Source: Squalus acanthias (lineage: Eukaryota). Taken from it: DNA of 64,000 nucleotides. Below the pieces are notes generated by a model. That model searched no databases, was not told where the DNA came from, and saw only the letters and a list, made by a program, of their open reading frames with translations. The stretch spans positions 7,068,001 to 7,132,000 of the forward strand of contig CM059453.1 of the NCBI GenBank assembly GCA_030390025.1, in the 5' to 3' direction. Shown here one piece after another: positions 23,025 through 36,700 of this stretch (the first letter of the stretch is position 1; every line of letters starts with the position of its first letter). Both the position numbers and the translations under genes were made by a program.

Positions 23025-25580
23025 ATTAGAACATAAGAATTAGGAGCAGGAGTTGGCCATTCGGCTCCTCGAGCCTGCTCCGCCATTCATTTGGTCATGG
23101 GTGACCTTTGACATCAACTCCACTTCCCGCCCGATCCCCATATCCCTTTCGCTCCATAGAATCCAAAAATCTATCTATCTCAACCTTGAATATACTCAAC
23201 CACTCAGCATCCACAGCGCTTTTGGGTGGAAAATTCCATATATTCGCAACACTCTGAGTGAAGAGATTCTTCCTCATCTCAGTCAGTTGAAAATAAGAAC
23301 ATAACAAATAGGAGCAGGAGTAGGCTATACAGCCCCTCGAGCCTGTTCCGCCATTCAATAAATCATGGCTGATCATCGACCTCAACTCCACTTTCCCGCC
23401 CGATCTCCATATCCCTTGATTCCATATTATTCCAAAAATCTACCTGTCTCTGCCTTTTAAACATATTCAAAGACGCAGCATTCACAGACCTCTAGGGCAG
23501 GGAATTCCAAAGATTCACAACCCTCTAAGTGAATAAATGTCTCCTCATCTCAGTCGTAAATCGCCTACCCCTTAACCTGAGACTGTGCCCCCCGGTTCTA
23601 GACACACCAGGCTGGGCGAAACATCCTCTCAGCATCTGCACTGTCTTTCCCCTTCAGAATCTTCTATATTTCAATGAGATCACTGTCATTTTTCTAAACT
23701 CCTTTCTCCACCCATACTGATTATATTTCCAGATCTTCCGAGCCGAGATCATTTTTCTCTACTGTCCATATGTTATCCTTTATAATCAGGGCTACTCACC
23801 CTGCTTTTCCATTCCGTCGGTCTTTTTGAAACTCCTGGAACATTTAGTTCCCAACCTTGCTCACCTTGCAACCACGTCTTTGTAATGGCTATTAGAACAA
23901 ACACATTTTATTCTATTTGTGCCACTACTTCGTCTATCTGGTTACGAATGCTTCGTGCTTTCAGATAAAGAGCCTTTAATTTTTTGTACCATTATTTCCT
24001 GCTTTGACTTCATTCTCTGCTGAACTGCTCCCGTTAAACTCTCTGTCCTTTCCTGTCACACTCTGCTTATATTTTCCCAAATCACGACACTGCTCTATTG
24101 CCTTGACCATGCTTTTTAGATTTCTAAACTTCCCCTCACAAGACCCCTCCCCCTTATTTAGTTTAAAGCCCTATCTACAGCCCTAGTCAAGACGCTTGTC
24201 CCAGCCCAGTTTAGGTGGAGCCCTTCCCGAGGGAACAGCTCCCTCTTTCCCCAGTACTGATGCCAGTGCCCCATTAATTGATATCCCTTCTTCCAACACC
24301 ACATTCTGAGCCAAGCATTTACGTTTCCGATCTGCTTGACCCTATGCCAATTTGAACGTGGCTCAGGTAGTAAACCAGAGATTATTACCCTTGAAGTTGC
24401 GCTTAATAACTTAGACCCAAGCACCTCGAACTCCCTCAGCAGAAACGAATTATTTGTTCTACCTATGTCGCTGGTTCCTACATGGAGCACGACAACTGGA
24501 TCCTCCCCCTCCCACTCCAAATTCTTAACCAGCCGCGTGGAGATATCCTTAACCCTGGTACCGGGCAGGCAACACAGCCTTCGGGACTATCTTTCACAGC
24601 TGCAGAGAACAGTATCTATTCCCCTGATTATACTGTTCCCTACTAACTACCACATTCCTTCCTTCTCCCCCCACTTGTTGGCCCCCTGTACCACAGTGCC
24701 ATGGTCAGTTTTCCCATCCTCCCTGCAGTCCTTTTCCTTATCCATACAGGTAGCAAGTACCTCGTACCTATTGGACAAGGTCCAGGGCTGAGGCTCATCC
24801 ACCACTACATGCTGGGTCCCCATACCTTCCTGACTCGCAGTCATACCTTCATTTCCCTGACCACTGACGAACTCTAATGTAGTACTGAACCGAAAGGTTG
24901 TTGCTGCCATCTGGAACAAAGTGTCCAGGTAATTCTCCCCCTCCCTGATGCATCGCAATGTCTGCAGCTCGTACTCCAGCTCAACAATTCTGAGCCGAAG
25001 TTCCTCGAGTTGCAGACACTTACTGCAGATGTGGTTGGTCAGAATCGCGTTGCACTCCAGAGAAGCCCACATGCTGCAGTTGCGACGCACCAGCTGCCCT
25101 GTCATCTCTAACCTTGTTTTATTTATTAATTCATTAGTGAAAGCTTTTATTCAATCGATATTTCAGTTTTATTGTTTCATTATTTTATCTAGGCTAAGTT
25201 TACAATTTAATAAGTATTGGAAGTTGGAATTTATCAGCTCTTAATTTAATGCCTTCCCTAACTTAGAGAGCAAAAAAGAGCTGAAATATTCAACAACCAA
25301 TCGCCTACCTGCTCTCCTGTGACGTCACTCTGATTTTTTTGTAGTTTTCGATTCGGATCCTGGCCGCTGCCGCTTTTCCAAATGGCCGATCCCTCATCCT
25401 GAGACTATTCCCCCTAGTTCTAGATTCCCCCACGAGGGAAAACAGCCTCTCAGCATCTACCCTGTCAATCCCCCTCAGAATCTTATATGTTTCAATGAAA
25501 TCACCTCTCATTCTTCTAAAATCCAGAGAGTATAGGCCCAATCTACTCCATCTCTTCTCATCGAACAACACTCTCATCAC
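23025..25580 (-). mobile_element. CR1 cluster: 3' tails (23025-23700) joined to a CR1 5' portion with ORF1 (Zn-finger/leucine zipper plus SGNH esterase) and the ORF2 endonuclease start, then a further fragment at 25380-25580
   Basis: CSMW...[20 protein letters not shown] (24647-25105); VVLHVGT.DIG...VIISGLLP...GLHLN (24158-24520). Confidence 0.9.
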
Positions 25581-25840
25581 ACATATTGCTCCAGGAAATA
25601 TATGGATTAATTGACTCCTCATTGGCTCGATGCAATTCCATACCTGAGTTATTGCCTTGCTAGAAATTAGGGGAAAGTAAATTCTGATGAAGCTTTAAAT
25701 GAATTTAATATTGACTGGTTCTAATCAAGCTCGTTATGTGCAGTGACCTCTCTGCTTAATCTAAACGAATAAATTGGTTCTATTTAGACACTGCAAACTG
25801 CTGTATGGAAACTATCTCAAGCTGGCTTCTCTATTTTCAG

Positions 25841-26128
25841 ATAAACCCACAATAGTATCAGGCCCGACCTGCACCAGCTCTGAGGGTGGGGTTCATTGTA
25901 CCTGCAGTATCAGAGCCAACCCCCCAGCAAACATCACCTGGGGCATCAATGGGAGAAACATCACTGCGAACAGTTCAGATATCAATATACTCTCCTCGGG
26001 GTTGAAAAGTCACCTGGTGCAGAGCTCCCTGACACTGACTCAACCAATTGGAACTGAACACCTGATCTCATGTTTTGGAGTAAACGAGCATGGCATTACT
26101 GTCGGAAAATATCAGCTCCAAGCTGAAG
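25841..26128 (+). CDS. Copy 1 Ig4 exon (membrane-proximal, MAG Ig5/Siglec-type C...CxC)
   Basis: ttttcag|AT AAA CCC...[26 protein letters not shown]...VQSSLTL...[10 protein letters not shown]...G|gtatat. Open, 288 nt. Confidence 0.9.
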
Positions 26129-26639
26129 GTATATATTGTATTTTACTGTAATTTAATTACTGCGAATGTTTCTGTCCTCACCTGTCAGTGACTAACTCAA
26201 CGGTGTTAGTGTCAGCATGTTCCAGTTCCACTGAGCTGAAATATCATTCTTATCTGCAAAGTAGGACTGAATTCAATTTTAATTTCAGTAGTGTTTGGGA
26301 CTGGTTCATGACTGAGCGCTACCTCACTGAATGTTACGATGGGAATAATTCATGTGAAGTTTAGAGTCTGGTATCTGAATTTGATTATTGTCGCCTTGTT
26401 TTTGTGAAGATAGGAGGGATAATATAAAACACTCGGAGCAGCGTGTCATCTTTCATAAAATAAACCCTTTTAACTTAGTGACACACTCGATGAAATCATG
26501 TTTCCTCTCATTGTAACGGTAGTGGGGTACAGTCGATCAGTTCAACATTTTTTCACAGATATTTCAGCCTACTGCCGGTTTTGTTGTCCTGAAGATATTC
26601 TGAAAGAACTATACAGTGCGATAACACTGACAATGGAGC

Positions 26640-27005
26640 CAGGAGAACTTCGATAACTGAAAGAGCCGGTTATAGACTGAATTAACTTATCGGATAGCAA
26701 GCGAACAGATCCGAGTATGTGGCGTGGATTGATGCAGTCTCTCAGGGAGACTGCGTTATTTAATGGTTTGAAGAAGCGCAGGGGAGTTATCTCTGGTGCC
26801 CTGGCCAATATTTATCCCTAAACCAATAACACAGAAACAGATTTATCTGCTGATTTACTGTATGGCTGTTTGTGGGATCTTGCTGTGCGCAATTTTGCGG
26901 ATACGTTCCCTACAGTACAACGTTGACTACACTTCAAAAGTACTTCATTGGCTGCAAAGCGCTTTGAGACGTCGGCAAAAGCGGTATATAAAAACAAGTT
27001 CATTT
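26640..27005 (+). mobile_element. Deu-domain SINE (SacSINE1-like)
   Basis: aggggagtt...ggtgccctggccaatatttatccct...gctgtttgtgggatcttgctgtgcgca...aaagcgctttgagacgtc...tatataaa tail, recognised from recalled shark SINE consensus. Confidence 0.7.
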
Positions 27006-27105
27006 TGTTCTTAACAGCTTCCCGTACATGCTGTTAAATGTTATGTTGAATCTTGGTATAATCTTAGAGCAATAATGAAGAGCACGGTTTTTTTTTATAT
27101 TTTAG

Positions 27106-27205
27106 GATCATTTTGGAGAATTGTCATGCCAATCAGAGCCGCCGTCGCAGTTCTCATTCTGATTGGCATCATTGTCTTGGTGAGGATAGAGATTGATTCA
27201 CACAG
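27106..27205 (+). CDS. Copy 1 transmembrane exon
   Basis: tttag|GA TCA...[34 protein letters not shown]...AG|gtatgg. Confidence 0.85.
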
Positions 27206-27806
27206 GTATGGTTCATATTACTTATACTCGTGCTTTAATAAAACAGATTTCAAAAGAACGTGACATCAGGATTTCAGCCCATGAGCAAATATTGCATAAT
27301 ATAATTATCCCCAGCTATCATTGACCCTGAATCTCAGCGAAGAGTTGACAAGGGAAGGCTTGCTGGAGTTCAGTTGCTTGTGAAGGGAAAGTAGGGGAAT
27401 GTCAGAAGTTCAGCGTCCCATGTCTGATCTTTCACTTCTTAGTTCAAATATTGTACATCAAGGGCCAGTGCAGAAATTGGGTGCAAAATCTAGCCTGTCA
27501 CTTGAGCGGAGGCGCCGTATTTCATGCCAGACAATTTAAGCTGAACACGGTTTGGCAGCTCAAAGCTCCCGTGGCCATATTGGCGGAAGACCTCATGACT
27601 CCGGAGGCCATAAAATGCTGCACAGAACCATTGCTGGCCACGAAAGGGCAAATTCCTGTGCATTTTTAAGACATGGCGGAAATTGCTATGGTTATTCTGC
27701 ACCAGTAGATGCCGCTCGCTTTGCATTTATAAAATGTTCAGTGAACACTGAATTTATCAAAGCAGATCAAGATAGATATAACCAGCTTCATCAGATAGAG
27801 ATAATG

Positions 27807-28520
27807 GCCCAAAAATTCGTGAGGAAGCCTTCGTGCGAGGGTAAGGCTTCCCCGCAATCTCTCACTGCGCGTTGGCTTTTTCAGTTCCAGCTCGCACGAA
27901 CTTGATGTTCTCGACAGCTGCTGTGCTCGGCTTGCGTATCCCACAAGCGCAGTTAATTCGTGCGAGCTGTGGGATCACGTGACTCAGTTATAGCCAATGG
28001 CAGCACACCATCTTCCATTCATAACTTTCACATCAGTGCTGTGAAAGCTATGAATAATATAGCCCCCCAAAATAACAGCTAAACCTCAATTAAATTTTAA
28101 AGAACATCACATTAATAAAATAAGTATAGTTAAATAAATTAACCATTTTAAATAAAAAATTAAATTTTTGAAAATTTTTTAAATCTTTTAAAAAGTTATA
28201 AAAATAAACTTACCTGTCTTTAAAGTCTCTAAAAAAGATATACCTGTTAAAAAAAATTCAAAATAATACTTAATTCACTACTTACCTTGTTAAAAGTGGG
28301 TCTTACTCCTCCTTTTATTATGTGTAAAATCTTCCATACTTACCTGCGCGTTGAAACCACTAAGTGCACTGCATGCGCGCAGCCTGTAGCGCGCACGTGG
28401 TTCAGCTAGGAACCGCCCCCTTTTCCATTCACCAAGTGCCGGTTTTCAGCGCATGCGCAGTGCATGCAGAAAACCGGCAATTGGAGACAGAATACGCGAG
28501 AGGACACAGTGCGTACTCAA
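27807..28520. mobile_element. Unclassified ~0.7-kb insertion (MITE-like), found only in copy 1
   Basis: Absent from copy 2 at the homologous position. It has GC-rich ends, an AT-rich core and an internal hairpin tgccggttttc...gaaaaccggca (about 28437-28479). Confidence 0.5.
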
Positions 28521-28804
28521 CATGAAAATCAACTTTAACATAGTGCCTTGAAGTATAAAACGTCCTGAAGCGCTTTCAGAGTTTATAGCAAGAGAAGTAC
28601 ATTCCAAGACAGTGGAGAAAGTTTAAGAGATTTAGAGAGAGTAAATTGAAGGCTAGGACCAAAAGATGACGTTCAAGGATGATAGAGACATAGAGAGGGG
28701 AAGTGGATATAATGCGGGGTTCCACAGGGCCTCGGCAACAGTCAGTCCTGGGAACAAATTGCAGGATGCATGGAAAGGAGATATGCACAGGGCGCCACGT
28801 CTTT

Positions 28805-29230
28805 TTTATTGATTCGTGTGATGTGGGCGTCGCTGACAAGGCCAGCATTTATTGCCATCTCTAATTGCCCTTGAGAAGGTGGTGGTGAGCCTCCTTCTTG
28901 AACCGCTGCAGTCCGTGTAGTGAAGTTACTCCCCCAGTGCTGTTAGGGAGGGAGTTCCAGGATTTTGACCCAGCGACGATGAAAGATCGGCGATATATTT
29001 CCAAGTTAGGGTGGTGTGTGACCTGGAGGGGAACTTGGAGGTTGTGGTGTTCCATTGCGCCTGCTGCCCTTGTCCTTCTAGGTGGAAGGGGCCTCTGGTG
29101 TGGGAGGTGCTGCCAAAGAAGCCTTGGCGAGTTGCTGCAGTGCATCTTGTAGATGGTACACACTGCAGCCACGGTACGCCGGTGGTGGAGGGAGTGAATG
29201 TTTAAGGTGGTGGATGGGGTGACGATCAAA
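28805..29230 (-). mobile_element. L2/Crack-like LINE 3' fragment; related fragments at 30585-30845, 48680-49110 and 50465-50720
   Basis: TLNIHSLHHRRTVAAVCTIYKMHCSNSPRLL; same family as 18685-19375. Confidence 0.85.
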
Positions 29231-31504
29231 CATGCATAACACTGAAAGGCGCTGGAAAGTAAATTTGGAAAAAATTGCAGAGTATAAACGGAGAATTGCT
29301 ATGACATGGAGTGCACTGCCTGAAGCTGTGATAATAGCAAATTCAATCGTAACTTTCTAAAGTGAACTGGAGTTATACTTTAAAAGGAATAATTTGCAGG
29401 GTCATGGAGAAAGAACAGGCGCGTGGGACTAATTGCATTTCTCTTTCAAATAGCCGGCACAGGCACGATGGGGTGAAGAATTACTTTCTGTACTGTATTA
29501 TTCTATGATTCTACCAATAAAAAATAGAACAGGAATGTAGGAGAGACGGGTCAGTCGGGTCTCCTGAAACTCAGTGCAAAAATCAACAGTAACGTATTTG
29601 CCATCACAGTCTAACAGATTGCAATGTTCCAATTCAATTTAAAAACCACGTTGGTTTCCATACAATCACTCTGTGTTCCAAGCATCAAACAGAATGATTT
29701 GCATGAAATGTCGCAACGAGTCACCTAAGTAAAACGCCACACTTGACTATAATTCAACTTAATACACCCAGACTCTGTGTGCCAGTAAGAGCAGAGTGTC
29801 TTAACAAGAGGAATGTAGCAAGCTTTACAACTAGTTCCGGATGCATTTAGCTTGGATAACAGAAGATTCATGGCCTGGTCTCCAAAGTGATTGAAATGGC
29901 AGTTCGAGCGCTTCCTTCTATTGAGAGAATGTGTGGAAATAGACCAGATCACAGCACACGTCACATCTGTTGGACAATGGTGGAAAGTGCATTGCATCAG
30001 GAAGAAGACATTATCCGGCCACAGCTGCTTCGTTCTGCACACGCTGTAACAACTTTCGATAGTCTATGTTGGGGAGGGTGAGGTGGACTCGGACTTTATC
30101 TTGGCATGAACAGGATGTCTGCCTCAGTTGGACTCAAATGTGTCTGATGATATAGTGACAAATAGCCCATGTAATAACGGCGGTCGGCCATTGTGTGGCG
30201 CTGTTGGATTTAGACGCTTTTCTCAATCACACTGAGCACAAGGAACAAACATGACTTCAGGCTGCAGAAGGAATCAGAGAAATTGCAATAAATAGCAATT
30301 CAAAATGCAATTGCAGATATTCCAGCACTGTGAAAATCCAAGGAACAATTCAGCAATTAGTATTTCTCTATCCCAGCTAACCTGGGCCAGGCACTTAAAG
30401 ATCAGTCAGTGCTCCCGCTCTGGTCTAAAACCCCACAGACACTCTTTGTTAGACATACAAGTTAAAAATGGGCAATTTTTTGAGGTACTGGCGGGAATGT
30501 ATTTTAATAACAGGCAAGCATTTCAGAACAGGGGCAAAATTGCAACATGGGAGAAGCGTGGAAAAATACAGGGGCATAATTTTTAATTCATTCTTGGGAT
30601 GTGGGCGTCGCTGGCATGTCCTCGTTTATTGCTGATTCCTAGTTGCCGTTGAGAAGGTGGTGGTGGGCCTTCTTCTTGAAACGCTGCAGTCTGTGTGGCG
30701 AAGCTGCTCCCACATTGCTGTTAGGGAGGGAGTTCCAGGATTTTGACCCAGCGATGTTGAAGAGATGGTCGTATATTTCCAAGTCAGGGTGGGTTGTGAC
30801 TTGGAGGGGAAATTGGAGGTGATGGATTGCCCATGCACCTATTGTCCTGATATAGAGGCAGTGACATCTTCCTTGTATCTTACTTTCTGATTTTAGGGAT
30901 AAATGCACAATCCCATTCTCCAATCAGTGGGCCGAAAATGCAGAGATGGTTGTTCAGAGAATCGCGCTCAGTGTTGCAGCCTGTCTCCGACCCGTGCTTC
31001 CTGTAATTCACTGTCAACTCTGAGCTCTCACTTTGCAGTACCGTTTAAACACTGATCTGCAAACACAACAAGTCCTTTCAAGATGCAGCATTGAGTCTAA
31101 GACGGATGGTGCCTGAGCACAGATAAACTCATTCTGGTTCAATTGTCCAGAATGATTCAAACCCAAGAACGTCATAGATAGCAGCGGGCTGACGGCTGTA
31201 GTAACCACATACAGGGGCTCTAAATAGAATCCAGCACTTCACACCTCCGCTTTGGTGCTATACTGACACACGGTGTAAATAAACCCACCTCGGAGCAGCC
31301 ACACTGAATGAGGCACAGAGCAAGCACCATAGGAACATTCTGTGTTAAACCCAAACTGTGCCCCGAAGTTGACCACACCTCACATCACCTGACATTCTCA
31401 AAGCAAACTGGGCCTTTTGTGGCGCATAATTGAGCAGAGTGCATTGCACAAACCTTCATTCTGGGATTGACCAGACATACGGCATCAGCTGTTGTTTATA
31501 CATA

Positions 31505-32100
31505 CTGGGCCTTGGAGCTGAACACATCTCCCTAAATGAGTCCCTAAAACCCAACTGGGACCTGGATCTGTAAAGACATTTCTAATCTAGACAGTCAAAC
31601 CAAGCAGACGCCTGGATTGAACACACATTCAAAAAAATAGTCAAGAAAGAAACAAAAGAAAAAAAAGAAAAAAACAATTTCAGTCCTCAATCTGAACACA
31701 CATTCATAAATGTGTCCAGAAAACCCAACTGGTCTCTGGGCCTGAACATATATTTTTATACTGGTCACTAAAGCCAAGCTGTGACCTGGGTCTGAAAACA
31801 CATCCCTGAACTAGTCAGTAAAGCCAAGCTGAGACCTGGGTCTGAACATACATCCCTAAACTAGTCAGTAAAGCCAAGCTGAGACCTGGGTCTGAACACA
31901 CATCCCTAAACTAGTCAGTCAAACCAAACTGGGCCCGCAAACTGGATAGAAAAACAAACAAACTGTGCCCTGGATCTGAACCCAAGCCCACCAACACACA
32001 CACAATGCAACGGGTGTCCCCACTTATGATTTTATCATCTTATTTGTTTAACAAGAAAAACTGGGCCCTGGAACTGAACTCACATCCCTAAAATAGCCTG
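31505..32100. repeat. 50-bp minisatellite (core about 31780-31925, degenerate flanks)
   Basis: Same unit as 7141-7430. Confidence 0.9.
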
Positions 32101-33781
32101 TAAGTCCAAAGTGTGACATGGTTCTGAGCACGCATTCCCTGTCTCCCTCTTTCTCTGTCATATTCTCTCTCACAGGCTTTCTCTCTCTCACTCTTTATTC
32201 GGTAGAAAACCTAATAGGTAGCATTAAAATTTGATCTTAAGAAGCTGAGATTTTTGATGTAAATAGTGGCCTAATATTTATGTTATTAAATAGAGTGCAA
32301 GAACTCTATTTAATAGTTACAGCAACAGGTGGTACTAGGAAGTTACCAGGTGCAGGAAGTACTGTGAGAGTAATTAAGTGGGGTAGAATTTGATATTGTC
32401 AGTGGCATAAAGAAATTAAGGAAACTGCTTAACTCAACAACAGGGTCGTGCTTAAGAAACCCAGCAAAAAGCACATAGCATACCTTCAAGGAGATAATAA
32501 ATTTAAATACATAACAAGAAATAGAAAATGCAAACTAATAATACAGTGTGAATGAAATCATTGCAATGTGGAATATCTTAGGTGTTGTTGGATGTAGGTT
32601 TGGGCGGAGAGGTGGGGTTGGAGATTATTCCCGAGACAGCAGAAAAATAAGCAATTTGCTCAGGAAACTGTAACGGATTTCATATTTAGAACTGTGCAAA
32701 TGGAAAAGAGTGAGTTGTTCAAACTGCACGAGGCTCATCCGAGGTGCTTTACTGAGATCTATAAGGTAATGTAGCGATTGATCACTGACCCCTTCATGGT
32801 AGCAGTGATACGGTCCTCTTATCTTCCAACTAATCTGAACTGATTCTGCTTCTTAATCAGGTGCGAAATGCGCCCAGTTTGAAGCTGGACTGTTTTCGAA
32901 TGAGATGCCCGTTTGGATCCAGGATTTGATCCCACTGATCAATTTGCAGGGTTTTTTCCTGTAGATAAAAATATCCACGTTATTTCCAGCAGCATTGACC
33001 CTCCAATCTAAATGCTCACGTCACACCTCACAGTTCTAGCACTAAAATCAGAATCTTCATAAACCCGTCATTGTAGCAACTCGGATCTCAATGAGTTAAT
33101 TTCAGCAGATTTCATCTCGCTGCAGTGTCAGTATAAACAGCTGAAGTCACTTCTATAAATGGCACTTTACCCACTGGAAACTTTTTACTGATACACTTCT
33201 TTGTATCTTTTGGCATTTCAGATACGTGTTGTGTCCCCGAACGACTGAAGGTGATCAACCCACACGTCTGTAGACAACGGCTACAGGAATAACCACCGCT
33301 TCACACTTCAAACACTCACAGTGCAAGGGCTGATAAATTGCTCAGTGTGTGGGAGTTGTGAGTCGGGGCTTCTAAAGCTGGTGGAGAGGCGATTTTAGAT
33401 TTTGCAATCTAAAGTGTCACCGCCTGTCCTGTAACTGTACAGATGATGAGGGGTTCATCTCTGCTCAGGGTTAATCAGCAGTAACCGGGCCTCATCATAT
33501 CGTGTAACTGAGGGCCAATCACTAATGCACACTGTCATATTCGAAGTGGCCCCAGATTTGCAGCAGTTTTGATCATCAACATTTGAGGAGTGGCGAAAGC
33601 TGTGTGAGCTACCGTGGCTCTCAATGATTGGTGGGTGGCGAACAGCTGACCTCCTAATACTCTGATTCGATTCGCTATGGACTCCAGTCTATTACCGGCG
33701 AATGGAATCTAGAAACTTGATTAATTATATCTGAGATAAAAACAATTTCTGCCATTTTGACATCGTCAACCGCCTCCAGTC

Positions 33782-36700
33782 ATGAAGAGTATTACATTGA
33801 TCTCCATTCTGATATTTAGCGAAGGTAAAATATTAATTTTAATAATTAATGTCAGAATCGATTTCCATTCTGTGGCAAATTAATACGTTTATTGTTTGTG
33901 GAGCTAGTACATGTTTAGTTGATAATGTGCAAATTCCCGATTTGCGCATTTAATGTATATTTCATTCGAAAAATTATCTTATATTTTATAAGATTGATTT
34001 AATATTTACTCTCTGATTTATCGACTTTCAATGGAATACTTAATGGAATATGAAGAGTTTTAATGAAACTTTCTCGAGTTTTAATGGATGTACTAATGAA
34101 TATGTTAGTGGATGTTTAAAGATTAAATGAATAGTATTCAACTTGACGGTCAGGGTATGTTTTAATTGCGATATTATTGCGGATTTCAATGGGTGTTTAA
34201 TTTCTGTTTTTTCACCAGTTGTTCATAGTTCACGATGGTCTGTGAAGGTGCCGTGGAAGGTGTCGGCGGTGAGCGGATCATGTGCTGAGATCCCGTGTAC
34301 ATTTGATTATCCCGCCTCTGGCCGCAATCCAGGGTGTATGCGGTTAAAGGGAGGTCCTAAACCTGGTACCTCAGGGGTCTCGATTGTCTATGATTCCAGT
34401 GAGGCAAACAATAAAGACTATAACGATAGAGGACGAATTGAATTCACCGGCGATTTTCTAAAGAAACAATGTTCCTTACACATTAATGTCACCAGGAAGA
34501 GCGATGCAGGTGACTATTACTTCAGAGTGACGATCACCACCGCCCGGAATATAACAGATCAATACGTTTCCAAATCTCCTGTCTCTCTTTCTATTTTAGG
34601 TAAGATTTTTTGTTTGCTCCTGTTGTATATTATATTCCATCTCCTCAGTGCCATTGAAATTACGACTAACATACCAATATCCCGAGTAACTGTTGGCCCA
34701 TGTCACGGGATACAGCGGCAGGACTGCTCCGCTGACTCTCACCCAGGTGTGTGTTATGTTTTGACTTGAACTGTAATAGGGCGCAGGCCTTCTTAATAAC
34801 TTACAGAAGCTCCCTGGCAAGGCAAGAAGAATACTTTATCATACGAATATAATAAACTGCAGGTGGAGGAAATATACAGGTAGATGTGAAATTCTATGCA
34901 AAGGAAGCAGGTGGACCATTTGTGTAAATAGACTGCTTGATGTGGTGCCGAAGCGTTACGCCAACAGTGTCCCAGATTCTATTCCATGTCTGTGCTTGGG
35001 ATAGAATCTAGGACACGCTTAGTCTAATGACTCAGTGTCAGATCAAACAATTAATTTACCCAAAGCGGCATGGGCGGGTTGAATTCTTGCTGATATTTGA
35101 AAGTTTCATTTTGCATTTTGAACAATGCAGTGAGTGCGTGGTCAATAAATCGCCTGACAATAATGTGAATAATTCACGTGATAAAGCGACTGACTATTAA
35201 TTAAACGAGTACATAAATGCTCCGATTGATTCTTTAACTCTAAGAACTTTTGGCATATTTCGATGCACCATAGCGCGGGAGGAAAACAGTAGAATTAATT
35301 CTTAAGGGGATATTTTCTCAGACTTTGGGCTGAATCACCTTGCACACCATTGGCCATTTTAAAATTGAAATCTACTGTAACACGAATGTCCTTCTCTCCT
35401 TATTATAAACCACGGATATCAGTCTCTGGGGAATTGATTGCTAGAAAACCAGCCCACCTGATCTGCTCAGTCACCCACAGTTGCCCGTCCGCCAACCTTG
35501 AACTGATGTGCACTCATGACTAAGTTGTCCCTCCTTTTCTGCCAGAGAGAAAAACTTCAAAAGGAAATGGCGACAATGTCGATGGTTCCCAGAAGGTTTC
35601 ATCCACTTTCAACTTCAGCCCATCACCGGACCATCATGGGAAGAAACTGAGATGTAAACCTATAGCCGACGGTGCCACAGCTACCGTTCAACCAACTCTT
35701 ACACCGGATGTTAAATGTAAGAGCCTGCTCTAAGCTTCATTCAACCAACTTGTTAATAAACTGGTTCAATAGATTTCTTTATATTGAATATAGTGATAGC
35801 GCGCCTGGATAAACAAGTAATCGAAGCTTCATGTAAGTCACATTATTAGACATGTACCCAGACCCATGGAGTAATATTGGTCGCTCCAGGGTTTATCTGA
35901 AATATCATTGCAAAGGCTCCCAATGTCTGATGTCGTTTCACCCACAGAGTAACTGAAACATTCAGGCCAGGGTGAGTCCATTCATGGTCTGAGCTAACTC
36001 ACATACAAACATAGGACATACGGCAGAGAAACAGATCATCGGGCCCAACCAGTCCATGCCAGCGTTTATGCTCCACTCGAGCCTCCTCCCGTCTTTCCTC
36101 ATCTAAATCTATCAGCCTAACCCTCTATTCCCTTCTCCCTCACATGTTTGTCCAGCCTCCCCTTAAATGCATCTTTACTATTCGCCTCAACGACTCCCTG
36201 TGGTGGCGAGTTCCACATTCTCACCACTCTCTGGGTAAATACGTTTCTTCTGAATTCCATATTGGATGTCTTGGTGACTATCTGTGCGGAGTTTGCACAT
36301 TCTCCCCGTGTCTGCGTGGGTTTCCTCCGGGTGCTCCGGTTTCCTCCCACAGTCCAAAAATGTGCGGGTTAGGTTGATTTGGCTATGATAAATTGACCCT
36401 TAGTGTTGGGGGGGCATTAAATATGTGGGGTTACAGGGATAGGATGGGATATGTTAGGGGGAATTAAATACGTGGGGTTCCGGGGATAGTTTGGGATATG
36501 TGTCGGTGTAGGCTCGATGGGGATTCTGTGTGAGAAAGCAGGGACAGGGTACTGGATTTGGATGATCAGCCATAATCGTATTGAATGGTGGAGCAGGCTC
36601 GACGGGCCGAATGGCCTACTCCTGCTCCTAGTTTCTATGTTTCTATGTTTCTATTGATAACCACCAGTTATGCTCTTCCCCACAAGTGGGAATATTCTCT

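Larger units (their letters stand above)
17601..27205 (+). pseudogene. Siglec/MAG/CD33-like receptor gene, copy 1 (pseudogene). Exons: L 17601-17643, V 18039-18419, Ig2 19619-19930, Ig3 21261-21518, Ig4 25841-26128, TM 27106-27205
   Basis: Phase-1 Ig exons and Siglec V-set motifs. The V acceptor AG is AA (18037-38), there is an in-frame TAA at 19906-08 in Ig2, and the cytoplasmic exons are absent. Confidence 0.88.
28521..33506. repeat. Intergenic block of the segmental duplication, repeated at about 48400-53385
   Basis: Colinear high similarity, including the same LINE fragments, minisatellite and first-exon block. Offset about 19.9 kb. Confidence 0.93.

Noticed and set aside
29887-30081. 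Short ORFs conserved between 29887/49730, 30305/50241, 27451/43656 and similar pairs
   Set aside because: The conservation is explained by the recent segmental duplication. They show no domains or splice structure.
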